Notes under the pieces: model-generated
The model's input: the letters and a program-made list of their open reading frames with translations, nothing else
The model's database searches: none
Told to the model about the DNA's origin: nothing
Position numbers and translations under genes: made by a program
Shown: one piece after another, positions 12,702 through 26,328 of the stretch
Layout: each line of letters starts with the position of its first letter
Position numbering within the stretch: the stretch's first letter is position 1
NCBI RefSeq assembly: GCF_036588685.1
Contig: NC_086376.1
Coordinates: 4,464,001 to 4,528,000 of the forward strand
DNA: 64,000 nt
Origin: Mytilus trossulus
Taxonomy: Eukaryota
Reading direction: 5' to 3'

Positions 12702-15700
12702 ATGATTTTGGTTGTCACCCTCATTTTCGCCAGTGCAGCTGGAGTTTTGGCAAGCGGGAAAGGAGGTATAATTTGTTTGTTCAGTAGTGTCTGGTAGTAA
12801 CTGGTGTCTTTCATATGTTAATATATTAGTATAGATTGATGGGGTTCAATTATATATATATATTTTTTGATTAATTACGTCTTTTTCAATAGAGTATGTA
12901 TGTCCTTTAAATTATGTAGAACTTAGGTAGACCAGTGGACTTCTTTTTAACAAAAGGCGTTCAAATTTTTTTTTTTTAGAAAAAGACATTTGTTTTTTGA
13001 ATTCCAAACATGAAAAAAATTGGGAGGCCATTATAAAATTTATAGGAGATGTAAAAATAATAAGTAATTATGAAACGTTATCAAATAGCACTAAACAATA
13101 GATTGACGTTATAACAATTGTAAGGAAATGCATATCTTAGTCAATCCTTCATAATGATCCTAACATAAATATATATAATTTACCTCATCGAATCTTCATA
13201 ATTGTTCTTTTACACCATTTTCTATCCAATATTTCCATACGTATATCTGTGAAAGTACTTTTATTCGTGGGGTATCAATTTTCGTGGTTTTCGTGGATGA
13301 CTTTATCCACGAATTTAAGTGTCCAGCGAAATAAAACAACCATTGTCCAAATCAAGACATGAAAAGATCCCCATGAAGGTTTGACTGCTGATATGATCTA
13401 CAGAATATATTGAATAACGTCAAATCTGAGAATACTTTAATAGCACTCACAGCACTACAACTGCATGCAGGAGTATACCCATTTAATCTTTAAAATAACC
13501 TAAACTGTACAACTTTTGATCTTTTAATTCTCATAAAAAAAAAATTTCGAAAAAAGTGAGATTTCCGTTCTTGATATGCTAGTATGATAAAGTGTTCATT
13601 TTATATCTTCATAGTTCTCGTACATATTGAAAATAATAATGTCATGCTGGGCTTGATTTTGAGAAGAATTATTTGACAATTTAAGATACATTTATGATAC
13701 TGATTTCTTTAGGTGACATATTTATGGCCTTATTAACACCTTTGATGGTTCTTAATCTGTTGATCACTTTATCTTGGTAGTCTCAACTTGGGATAATTGG
13801 TGTTGTCACTACGATTTACACATAGGGTTAATGTTTACTCTTCAATTTCCTTCAATTCAGACTATTTGTAACCTTCGTTTCTAAAGGCTTTAATCATGTT
13901 GATATTACATTTTTTTTTAAACTAAAATCCACGAATTTAAATACCCACGAACATGTAAATATTGCTCAAACCACGAAAATTGATACCCACGAATTAAAGT
14001 ACTTTCACAGTATTTTAATAAATTAAGTCTTTTTAAAATTTAATTGAAACTTGCTTGAATATTTGTTAAAACGAATCACAACATTCTGAAAGAGACGTCA
14101 AAGGGGATTTGATTTACATCATTAAATTGCACTATCACGAAAATTCACATTTTCTATGAAACATTGTCATATCATTCAATTCTTGAAATTAAGATAAATG
14201 CAGATTAATTTGGAATAAGGAAGCAGACTTAAGGAATATGACATCATAACACATTTTTTAAATTGGTTATGATTTGTGAATTTCAACTGAAAAATGCCAT
14301 GGAACGAATTGTTTTTGCAGGAATTAGTTCTGGTGTAAGTGGTGCCATATCTGGTTTCCCAAGTGGATTTCTTAGTAATGTTGGAATTGTAGATGGGAGA
14401 TTCGGTGTTGGTTCAAATGGACAAAGATTAGCTGCAGCATTAGGTGGAACTGTCGCAGGAACTGCAGCCGGACTAGCATCTGCTCTTAGTGGAGGATTAG
14501 CTTCATCTCTTGGCGGAGCAGGAGGATTTTCTGGAACAGTGGGAGGCAATTTCAGAGGCCGATTTGGACCTGGTGTGAGTGCAACTGGTCCAGGTTTGAG
14601 TGGATTTGGTACTGGTGTGAGTGGATTTGGTCCGGGTTCGAGTGCATCTAGCTCCGATATTAGTGGAACTGGCCAAGCAGTCAGTGGGCTATTCACAAGT
14701 GGATTTGGTCCTCGTACTAGCGGATTTGTCACCGGACGAGATGACACAACCAGTAGAGCAGGTTTCATCAACATAAGTTACCAGGCATACATCGGATTGA
14801 TCTCTTATATTTCCGCCCTCGAAAGAACCCTTGCTTTTAATACAGGTGCAAGAATCGGATTTGGAGGAAGCCAGTCTGGAAGTGGATTCTCAGGGATAGT
14901 ATCTGGACCAGGAGGTCAAGGTACTATATCAACTTTCGGTCCAAGTAGCTTTGGAAGTAGTCCTAGTGGCGATCTGTCAATAAACCGCCCTGCAGGCCAA
15001 ATTGTTGCATCTTTCCAACCAAGAGGCTTTGTAAGCAGTCCAAGTGGCGATCTGCCAGTTAGCCGCCCTTCAGGCCAAACTGTTGCATCTTTCCATCCAA
15101 GTGGCTTTGTCAGCAGTCCAAGTAGCGATCTGTCAGTGAGCCGCCCTTCAGGCCAAATTTTTGCATCTTTCCAACCAAGAGGATTTGTCAGCAGTTCAAT
15201 TGGTGATCTGTCAGTTAGCCGCCCTGCAGGCCAAATTGTTGCATCTTTCCAACCAAATGGCTTTGTCAGCAGTCCAAGTGGCGATCTGTCAGTAAGCCGC
15301 CCTTCAGGCCGACTTGTTGCATCTTTCCAACCAAGTGGCTTTGATATTAGTCCAAGTGGCGATTTGTCAGTAGGTGGTCCTGCAGGTCAAGTTAATGTAC
15401 CTATCCAGTCAACAGGTTTTGCTGGTAGAACAAGTGATTCTACCTCAGCAAGTTTGCAGGGGAGTTTTGGAACAGATGGCTCTAGGACATTTGGACCAGT
15501 TTGGAGATTTGGAGTGAATGGTGTCAGAGGTGTTGCAGGTAGGTTTACATTTACCTGTTTAGAAAAAGAAAATTGGTAAAACTTTTAAAACAAAGACGTG
15601 CTCATATTTTATTTCAACACTATCATGGTACACACACGTTCATTTACCTAATAAACTTGTTGTCTCATTCAATATCTTCCTAATCATATATAACACTTGG

Positions 15701-17773
15701 TTTTTTTTTTGCAAATTCGAATTTTTGTATCATAATAAGATAAAATTGTAAAAGAATATATTGTGGACTAATCTATTGTTGAGGATACCCATAGAATAAC
15801 AAATGTTTGATGCATTTCGTGTGGTGTAGTCAACTTTAAGTAACATACATTATTTGTGTTAATAAGGTCTGTTGACAAAACATTAGTTCCCACTAAAAAG
15901 ATGTACTCTCATTTCAACTAAAATCAATATAAATCAAAGCAATATTACCAAGTAACTGAATGACCGATTTATTTCAAATAAATACAAGAAGATGTAAAAA
16001 TGTCAAGTTTTATTGTGTATTTGGCCATGAAATTGTTTGGGCTCATTTTTATTTTTTGCTGAGGTGAACACAAGGAAAAATTTTATGGAAGAGTTTGCTA
16101 TGTATTCTTACAAAATATTAATAGTAAACTATGCTGTCGTGTTAAACACATCACAAAAAAATTAAAAATATCTACATCTTATGGTATTTATTTAATAAAA
16201 ATAACCCAAAACGTTACTTTGTAATATTGAGATCTTTTTAGTAAGAATTCACTTTTACCTGACTGTATATTTCCCCCCGATTTCAGTACCATTTATAGTT
16301 CGCATTGTAATTTACTGCTGACCATATTATAATTCACATGTTGGTGTTCAACTTCATAACTAAAAAATAAAGGATGCAAACAATTTTGTTTTTTGAACAT
16401 TGTGTCTACTCCAATTGTTTTTTTTTTTCAAACATGAGATATGCTTTTGACCAAAGTATTGATCTTTTTCTGTTTTGAGCAAATGCAGTTAAATCTTATA
16501 TAATTTTTAGATCGTAGCGGAGTTAGAATTACAAGCGGAAGAGGAGTTCCAACCACAGACGGAAGTGGATTCAGTGTCACAGACGGAAGTGGAGTCAGAG
16601 TTACAGACGGAAGTGGAGTCAGAATCACAGACGGAAGTGGATTTAGAACCACAGACGGAAGAGGATTCAGAATCACAGGAAGAAGTGGAGTCAGAACCAC
16701 AGACGGAAGTGGATTTAGAATCACTCACGGAAGTGGAGTTGGAATAACAGGGAGAAGTGGATTAAGAGTTAAATCTGGTGGAAGTATGTATAATTTTATA
16801 ATATTTTAATGACAAGGAAATAATATGCAAAGAATGTAACAAAAAACAAATGTTTTTTTTTTACTTTGTTTTCGAAGTTCAAAATCTATTCATTTTAAAT
16901 TCATGTAATGTATAATTAAGAAATTAGAATATCTCTGTAGCATGAGTTCGAATACCCGGCCAGGGAGGAAAAAAAATAGCTTCTGCGAATTTACAGACCT
17001 AACATTTTGGGCTTATATTTAGACGAATTATTAAGAGATAAGTAGATACAAAATAAAGGCAATAGTAGTATGTATACCGCTGTTCGAAATTCATAAATCT
17101 ATAGAGAAAAAACAAATCCGAGTTACAAACTAAAACTGAGGGAAACGCATCAAATATAAGAGAACTACGACACAACAGAAACGCAACATTAAAATGTAAC
17201 ACACACAGAAACGGACTATAATATAACAATTGCAATTTTCCTGACTTGGTACAGGGTTGGTTCTTGGGCTTTGACATTAATACAAACCAAGCAACTTGAT
17301 AACCGTATTTGTTGTAAAATTAATTTACCAAAGAATTGAACAAAATTCTTCAAATATTCCCTATGTTAACATGGATAAGTTTTAGCGAGAAGACAACACA
17401 AAAGAAAAGCAGGTCCCATCCGTCAACGTGAAAAGTCGGGAAAAGCAAACCAGAATTCAACAAAACAATGCACCGCGCATACAATTGAACAAAACGAATC
17501 ACTAAAAATAATACCAATGACGGATTAAATGAACGCGACAAATTAACCTGTTTTGTAATATATTTCCATCAAAGAAGACATCGGACAAATTCACAAATAC
17601 ACTTCCAGTTAACAGTTTTAATTTGTATTTTACGCTTAAATATATCAAAATGAAAATTGGAATTGATTAAGTTATAACATTAACTTTTAAAGTTTGTAAT
17701 TGAATACTTTTTAAGCTCATTTAAGACAGCATATATAATTATGGTTTTATTTGACTTTTCAGGTACCTATTAA
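12702..17773 (+). CDS. Secreted Gly/Ser-rich repetitive structural protein, paralog A (521 aa); coding exons 12702-12765, 14321-15538, 16511-16783, 17763-17773
   Basis: TATAAAA at 12225, non-coding exon 1 donor at 12292; signal peptide MILVVTLIFASAAGVLA then SGKGG; all coding introns phase 1; central INISYQAYIGLISYISALERTL motif; 26-aa and 8-aa repeats; ends VKSGGSTY*; AATAAA at 17857. Confidence 0.85.
13247..14010. mobile_element. MITE in intron of gene A
   Basis: About 45-bp imperfect TIRs CTGTGAAAGTACTTT.ATTCGTGGG.TATCAATTTTCGTGGTTT and its inverse ending ACTTTCACAG, followed by TA. Confidence 0.85.
14956..15420 (+). repeat. Coding 78-bp tandem repeat (26 aa, SSPSGDLSVSRPSGQIVASFQPxGFV), about 6 copies
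   Basis: Units start at 14956, 15034, 15112, 15190, 15268 and 15346 (last one diverged). Confidence 0.9.
16511..16775 (+). repeat. Coding 24-bp tandem repeat (DGSG[VF]R[IVT]T), 11 copies
   Basis: acagacggaagtgga(gtc/ttt)aga(atc/acc/gtt) units fill exon 4 of gene A. Confidence 0.9.
16935..17030 (+). mobile_element. 5'-truncated copy of the tRNA-derived SINE
   Basis: gtagcatgagttcgaatacccggccaggga...tttacagacctaacatt..ggg...tttagacga matches the reverse complement of 57570-57670. Confidence 0.65.
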
Positions 17774-20700
17774 ACCCTTTTGCGAGATGTTTATCTGAAA
17801 GAAATGTCACTTTTTGCTTGTGATCTCCATTTACTTGTATCATAGTTAATTCAGTCAATAAAGAGCTTTATATTTCATAACTCAGTGTTAACTTATTTTT
17901 ATTTGTTGATAAACATTAACGTCATATCTGTTCTATGAATATTATGCTATCAAATACTGTTTAGATTTCAACCAGATAAAACACATTACTGGTCTTATGA
18001 CGGCCTAGTTTTCGTCTCTGATATTGAAATTTTGAAAAAATAACAATATCAAAAACGAACAATGTTAGAAAATAAAACCAAGAGATGCAATACACGAAGG
18101 GGATAAACATCATACTTATGCAAATGACATGTTCATATACCCTCGGCATCTACAGTATTGTAAGAAGTCAATGCCATAAATGAACCCGATAGGTTGCCAA
18201 GTAGTATATCTTGATGGATACTCGGTTCATTGTGGTCAACCTACTCGAAATTTACCATCGTAGTCATGAAACTATTTTAGTAAATACACATAGAACCCAT
18301 TAACTGAACCACCATTTGTATGTATTTAAGAAATTCATTATGCAATGTGTGTTACCCCTTATTAATTGAAATCCCACTATTGCAAAACTTACTGAAAATC
18401 CTCACCTTTTGTAAATTGTCAACCTTAATATTATTCTCAATTATATAACGGTTGCATCACAAGAAACGACTGTGTATACTGTTATTCATAAATAAGATTT
18501 AATGCATAATTTTCTGCATAAGGAAACGCATGTACAAAGTAAGGAATTTGACAACTGTTTCCCTTTTGTTTGATGTATTTGAGCCTTTGATTTTGCCTTT
18601 TGACAATTGCGTTTCCGCTTGAGTTTTTCCTTTGAGTCCGGAATTTTATTTTTATTTGTATTCGAGCTGATGAGTCTCTTGCGGACAAAACATTTGTTTT
18701 GTGCAAATACAACTTTTCAATCCTAGTATCTATGATGTGTTTATTTTTCAATGTTCAAATCGTACTCCTTTAATTTAATTTCAGAATAATGGGTTGAAAA
18801 AAGTATCTATTATTGGTCATATTTTCACATGAGGATGTGTATTTCTGTTCTCTTTGTCAGCATTTAACAGAATTGCATATGAAATTTATTGCCGAAATGC
18901 GTATCTTGTGCACAATAAAAGGTGTATGAAGGAAATAAAGTAATTCATTTCTTGTGCGTTGTCATACGCATGAACATTTTCCCAATGTACTTTAGGCAAA
19001 TACTAATGGTAATGTCTTGTGAACATATCTACTTTTCATAACTTCCTTTCCTTAAATAGATACTAGTGTCACAGCATACGGAGGTAATTGCAAAAGAAAA
19101 ATCCAATTTATCTATAGATAAGTTTCATGCAGCAGTGATACAATGTTTTCTATTTGTTTCCTAAAAAGATTTAAGACAATTTTATCCGGCTGCTAAACAA
19201 CTGTGTGTGTGTGTCACTGTGTGTGCATATGCCTGAAGTTGTATTTTCTGATGTATGTTGTAAAACTTTCAGTTGGTATCAAAATATTTTCATTTGGAAA
19301 AGCATCTCCGTCAAACATTTTATGTTTATGCTTTATGAATAAAAGAACATAACAAGCTTTCACAGTAGGAAATTTAAAGGAAAAAAATTGCAGATTTGTA
19401 CTTATATAAAAAAACAAAAAATAAAAAAAATGGTTTAAGTGTGAACTAATTTGTAGCATCGATGAAGGTGAAGCAATTCAGAAAATGAGGCTTACTTTCA
19501 TGCATTATTCCAACAGATATGTAGTTATACATGTAATAACAAAAGATGTGTTTATGCGACAACAGTATTTGGATTTAGATTTGGAAAATGAAAAAGTTTG
19601 ACAGAATATGGCAAAATTGGAATATGAAAAAATAAAGAAAAAAATATACTGGAGTTTTCAAAATTTTAAACCAAGACAGAAATTATTCAGGCACAGGAAA
19701 GGGAAATTCATATGCTGCAGAAAGACACAAATATACACAAAAAGTAATATTACAAAAATACTGAACTCTGAGGAAAATTCAAAATGGAAAGTCCCTAATC
19801 AAATGATAAAACACCTCAAACGAATGGAAGACACCTCCCATATTCCTGACTTGGTACAGCAATTATTACAGTACAGTTGTAAAGTACAATAAAAAAATGT
19901 GGACAAGTTTATATCTAACAGACTTCAACTTTTCGCACTTAAACGAACAGAAACTACTGATGATAAAACCGATTTTATAAACCAATTAGAAAAAAATCCC
20001 CATTCTTTAATTGGCATTGCAGAATAACACATTTGGAAAAAGGAGCAGGAATGGAATGGCAATTTTTTTAAGACTTGTCTAACCTGAGTTTTGATATCCA
20101 TTTCTATGTACATATTTGACATCTCACCAATTTGTTTCTTTGGTGATTTTTCAATGAATAACAGTTAGTAAAAACAAACTTAAAGGCTATAATTACTTTC
20201 ACGTTCGGATCTTACAAAAGCATTTTTACCTGCTATTATAATTTTAAGTTGAAAAACTAAAAGAAGGTGATGGCTACAGTACCTATAATCTATACTTCAA
20301 AACCATCACGTAAAATATTTGTAAAATTGATACAGAATATTATCAACAGGTATTTATATCTTCGGACGAAATTATTTTAGAAAAAGAACGAGACGTTCTT
20401 TGAAATAACACTGGTTCAATAACTTTCTGCTCAGACACTTAGTTACAGCTGCTATCACTTGATTTCCGAAATTGGAAATGTATATTCCATATGCAGGTGA
20501 AGTTGGTATATACTGCTAAGGTGGGAAAAAATAGAATTTCAAAATTGAAATCGTCTCGTTTGTTATTGATTCTGATACTGAGATGTCGATAATGTAACAT
20601 TCTAGGTTAAATCAGAAAAGTTTTGATTGTTAATGAAAAAATTATCATCAATATATAGGAATGTGAATTTACATGATCCGGGTTCTCTAGAAAAAAACTC

Positions 20701-23700
20701 GACTCATATGCAAATAAAAAGTTGTCTGTATGGAGAGGCGCATTGAAATTTTGTACCTCAATTTTGTTGTCAACAACGAATATTGATAATTTTCCCATGA
20801 AAATTCTAAACTTTTTTGATGTGTCTCATTAATATATATTTATATTCCTGAACAAGAGATTTTAGAATCATGAATACGGCTTCTCTAATCTCAATTTACG
20901 ACACATTTCTCAATTTGACAACAGCAGACATTTAATTACTAAAATCTGTAACAAACGAGACAATTTCAAAGTTAATACTTTAAATTTCGTCACCTTATGC
21001 GCACCATTTAATTTTCACTCGTATATGGAGTATACAATTCTCAACTCATACAATATAAAAAGTAAAATCACAAAAATATCATACAATATAAAAAGTAAAA
21101 TCACAAAAAAACTGAACTCCGAAGAAAATTAAAAAAAAAAGGCCCTTGAATGATATTACAGCTCCAGACTTCAAAAAACGTCGTTATTGTCTGGACAAAA
21201 CATTAATGGGACAGGGTTTTGTCAAAGAACGTCTTGTCTTTTCCCTCAAAAAGTTATTTGGCAAGTACAAATAGCTAGTTGATAAATATGCAAAATCTAC
21301 TTCATAAATAATACACCATGGTTCTGAATTGTTCTGACATTGTGTTTTATTTTATTTACTTTACAGGTTTTTCTTTATTTGCTTTAGTACTAATATGTTC
21401 CACCTCGTCGTATGACCCGTGATGTGACCCTGTATGCTAGCATCTAACTATAATTCTAGTAGTAGTTTGGTTTCGGGCGTTCCTGATGTGGTTGGGTTCG
21501 GAGGAAAAATTCGGACACATGCCGTTATTTTGGTGTGTTGTTTTGTCGTCATTTTGTTTGAATTTGTATTTATATCTAGCTTATTTGTACTCTATCAGAA
21601 AATGGACTTCACCCTTTTTAAGTACCTTAGAGTTTTGTACTAAAGTTAGAAAATCGAATATATACATGGTTGTTTGACAGGAAACAGAGAATTGTATACA
21701 ACTCTTTTGATAAAATGAAATCAAATATATTCAAATTAATAGAAAATTATTTGGGTTTTAACATTTTTTGACACTGCGCATTCGCGTTTAAGTTATTTCA
21801 ACTACTTGGTTTAACATTTGCTGGTGTAATCTGATTTCAAGGAAGTTCTAATCAGCTGTCGTATGTGATTCTAATCTGATTTTTTTTAATGTTTTAGTGC
21901 TCTTCTAATTATTTCTGATCCCCATTGTAAGGGGTCTTTAAAAAATCACAAAAAAAAAAGAAAATGAAAATAGACCAATACCATTAACTTGCGTGTTTTC
22001 ATAATCTCTGAAAAAGGAAACGCAGATTCTGCTCTATCTGTGACAACCGTCGTATTGTAACAACATACTTTACTGATTCATAAATTATCAGTCAATACTT
22101 TTCGAATAAAAAAAAAAAGGTTCCTACTCCAGTTGCAAAATTGAATTTTAATACATTTTGTCGGTCCCTTTTGGTAAAAAAAAAAAAAAGGTAACAGTAG
22201 TTTTCCCGCTGTTCGTTCGACGTTTTTCTAACGTTTTCAAATACTAATAATTGGATTTGTGTGCTTCAACCATGACTTTAAAGAGTCATATCAAGATTTT
22301 CGTGTGTTTTTCTATTCGTTGTTTTAACATTATCACAGATACCATCAGAGGTCATAGGTGTTGTACTTTATACGGAAATACATTTTGAAAAATGCATGTA
22401 AATGTATATTATTTGTGGATACAACCATATCTATTTACATCTAACAGTCTAACCATTGTAACAAATTTCATAAAGATTGATACTTTAAAAATAAAACATA
22501 AGATAATGATAGAACATATATAACAAGAACAGAAAAAAGATCATAGTTCAGCTAAATACCTAAAGATAAATATGTTATTTAATTTATTTTCAAATGTCAT
22601 ATATTACAATTGCACCATACTTTGACATATCGAATATTAATTATATATAAGTTTTAATATGATAACAAAGACAAAATCTTAAACATTGTGTTTTTTGATG
22701 GGAACCTTCATTTCGATATTCTCTAATTTTCGTCTACTCTTTACCTTTAAATACAATGACTAGTCTGTACCTGATAACTGTATTCTGGATATTGCACGTT
22801 TCTGTATTAGATTATTTTGATCCTACATTCTTTAATATATGAAGTAAATCATTAAATTTTAGCACCCCATTTTTTTCTATTCTTAATGTTTCAGCCCTTT
22901 ATTCTTATTTTGTTAACTTTCTTGGACTTTTGTTTTTTTAACTGGCTCTAAGTATGTGCTACCATTTACATCAAGTAACTAAAGCTTATTAGAAAGTATG
23001 CATTATGGTATTTGTAAAAAAAAAAGAATTGATCTTTATAATCTAAAACATGAAAAGTGTTGATACGAAAGAATTATGTCACCAACACACCTCTGAAGAC
23101 CGTACCGTACGTTTACACTCTCTCGGCAAACGCATTCATACCACTCTGATAATTTAGTATCATTACTTTACTTTTTTATATAAGTTGGGGAAGGGCATCG
23201 GTAGCCGAGAAGTCTAAGTATTTAGCATTAACCTTTCATCGATCATTCGTGCAAGGGCTGTTCAACCAGTCAAGGTCATTAAACACTTTCTCATCCCGTC
23301 ATCGCTGAGGTTGAGATACTGAATTTCATACGTAGCATGTGCGTGTAAATCTTAGTCCTATAAAACAAGAAGATGTGGTATGGTTGCTAAACTATGGACT
23401 ACCAGAGATACTTTTATTAAACGATGAAATGAATATTCATGTGCTAAAATAAGATTATAGCTTGTTGTGTTCGGTGTGAGCCAAGGCTCCGTGTTGAAGG
23501 CCGTACTTTAACCTATAATGGTTTAATTTTTAAATTGTTATTTGGATGGAGAGTTGTCTCATTGGCACTCACACCACATCTTCCTATATCTATTGAAAGC
23601 ACGTATGGTGACTTATAATTGTTAACTTCTACAATGTACGCCATTTAGTCACAAGTGAAGACTTGCTCCCTTGGCAATTATACCGTATCTAAATATTATT

Positions 23701-25006
23701 ATGTTTCAGAATGTGTAAGCAGTAAATCAATTACATTAGGAATCCTCATTAATTTAAACATTTTCGAATATTTTAACAATTAGTTCTTACATAAAATGTG
23801 AATGTCTCACCAAAATCGTTACATTTGAGTTTCCCAAATAACGAAAATATTAATATATCTTTTGAAAATAAAAATGTTATAGATTAACAAACAAATTCAT
23901 AGTAAATTAGAAAAGGAAAACTCTTTCACCAAAAAATGATCATAGATGCCTGGTGCAGTAACCTTGCCAAAAACGATAGATAAAAATATTTCGACACAGT
24001 TTACGCTAACATAATTATTTTGACCGTTGGAAAAAAAGAAATATTTTCATGTCCATTTTATAAGTATTTTTTGTTAAATATTACATAGAATTAATTATTG
24101 TTTTATGGATATTCATGACTTACATACATCCTTTCAGTTGTTTTTTATGTAGTGGTCAAACATGTTGATATTGACGCTTGAGTTTATATTCTGATACTTA
24201 AAAAAAAAACTAAACATATTGTTTGTCACTTTTCAAATATATTAAAAATCTCCAAAAGCGGAAAAACATCGCTAAGTGACACATTTTTTTATATTTAAAA
24301 GTCGTTAACATATTTTGGCCTCCCTTTCATAAATCAGAAAACATTTTCTTACATGACATCGAATTAGTGAATTTATCTAAATGACATATTTTCAAGGTTC
24401 AATTAGAAAAATGTTGACTTACCTCGTAACAATAAGGTATACATATAAAATCTTGATTCCTATATATTTCTTTATTTGTTATTTGTTTAATAAACTTTTG
24501 TGATACAGTTTTATTCTAGATGCCTCTTTTATTTTTTTTTTCGATATAAAATCAAATCATTAAAATCATTATGTTTATTTTACCTCTAACCAAATCGTTG
24601 ACTACAATGTGGTTTTTAGTTAGAAATACTACTATAATAGTATCTAAATAAGGCTCACAACCGACATCCTTGTCTAATTCCATTCATTACCGAAACTGTT
24701 ATTTTTTTAAATGAAATATTGGTAGAAAAAACATCAGAATTAATCTAAAATAATCTCTTAAATGTGTACGACTACGTCAAAAGCTATACATTTGTCATCA
24801 GTAAAGTATAATTAGAAACTTTGTAAAAGACAGTATCCCCAACGAAAAACATGACTGTTAAAATATAGAATATAAAAGAAAATAAGACAGAATTATTAAA
24901 GCGTATAGTTGATATAAGTTTATACATTTAAAAATTTCTTTGCTGATCATGACTAATAAAGGAATAATTTATTGCACATAAAATCTAGGAAAAGACTTTT
25001 AATACG

Positions 25007-25270
25007 ACCACATTACGTAATAGTTTATTTGACCCTATGTTAAAATTTGCGGGTAAACTTTTTTTAATGTTTGATATCAAAGAATGATTCTGATAAATAT
25101 TTTATCAATAAAAATTATCTTGTAAACGTAGGTAAATATACAACATTTTGTTTTAACATCACGTTAAACACGAACAATAAAACAAACAATTTACATCTAG
25201 GAGTCAGTGTTCGGGTGATCGTTTGTGGTCAGCATAAACAACGGAAAGCACGTACGATCGCTCGTATAAA
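25007..25270 (+). promoter_or_regulatory. Conserved promoter module of gene B
   Basis: GACC-N2-ATTACGTAA (25007-25020), TTTGTGGT (25222), CGGAAAGCACGTAC (25242), TATAAA (25265); non-coding exon 1 donor at 25340. Confidence 0.7.
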
Positions 25271-26328
25271 TACCAATTTTCTCCCGACTATTTTCACACT
25301 CCGCTGTCACAGTCCCAGTAAAAGCTTAAAGAAACTCAGGTAATACAAATATTTACTAGTATTATATTTAAGCAAAATCATGTTGATGTTGATTTTTTAC
25401 AATTGATGGTTTACTTTATATACACTGTAAAATCATAGTTTTATTTAATTAACTCAAAGTAATACAATTCGTTTCTAAAGGTTGACCAAATACATTTTTG
25501 TTGATTATTTTTTTTACGTTAGATGGTAAAAAAGTTTGCTGTAAAAAAATATTTTATTCTTCTTAAAATATATAATATTATTTAAAAAGTGTATCTGAGA
25601 AAGTTTCCTTAAAGATCAGTTCTAATTTCTTTAAAGTTCGTATTTTCTTCTGATTCATAATGTACTTGAGGATTTTGATAGCCAATAACGTTTCAAAATG
25701 TTTTACACTCAAAATGTAGACTTAAAAAAATGCGGATCAAGTACAGTATAAATAAACCTAACGAAAAAATCGTGTTTAGCCAAAATGGTAGAGGCAATAT
25801 CAATTGAAATCAAAGTATAGAGATAATGGAGTTAAACATCATTTAAAAATATTTATGTGTAGGTCTTACTGTATTGAAACATAACGTTTTTCTTATATGC
25901 TTAACAAAATTACTATCATGTGACGAAGTTAAATTTTTGCATTGGCAGTTGAAAATAAAATAACAAGAAAGAAAAGTGTTTCTACCTTGACAAATCAAAT
26001 TAAAGTATTTGTTGAACCTCGGTAAAAAAAAAGTGTACTTCATAATGTTGATACAAATGTGTATTTCTATAATATAAAGTAAAAAAGCTTATTCTTAAGC
26101 AAATATCATAAATATGATAACCACCTTTTTAAATTAGCGATACAAGTATTCAGCTTATATTTTTTTTTATTTGAACGGAATTTGATATCGATTTTCAATA
26201 TTTTGATAATACTTCAAGAGAAATTTCAAAATAGTATTCTTAGTAATGGTAAAAATAACAATTATGTGTTCTTTCCTCCATCCTAACAGCTTAGATTATT
26301 TTAGTGTTTTTCCTTTTTTTCAGGCAAA

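Noticed and set aside
14263-15579. ORF-track single-exon calls of 438, 189, 285 and 285 aa for the Gly-rich genes
   Set aside because: Their starts are non-ATG (intronic in A, mid-exon in B-D) and their ends run into introns. The true proteins are spliced with upstream signal-peptide exons and downstream terminal exons.
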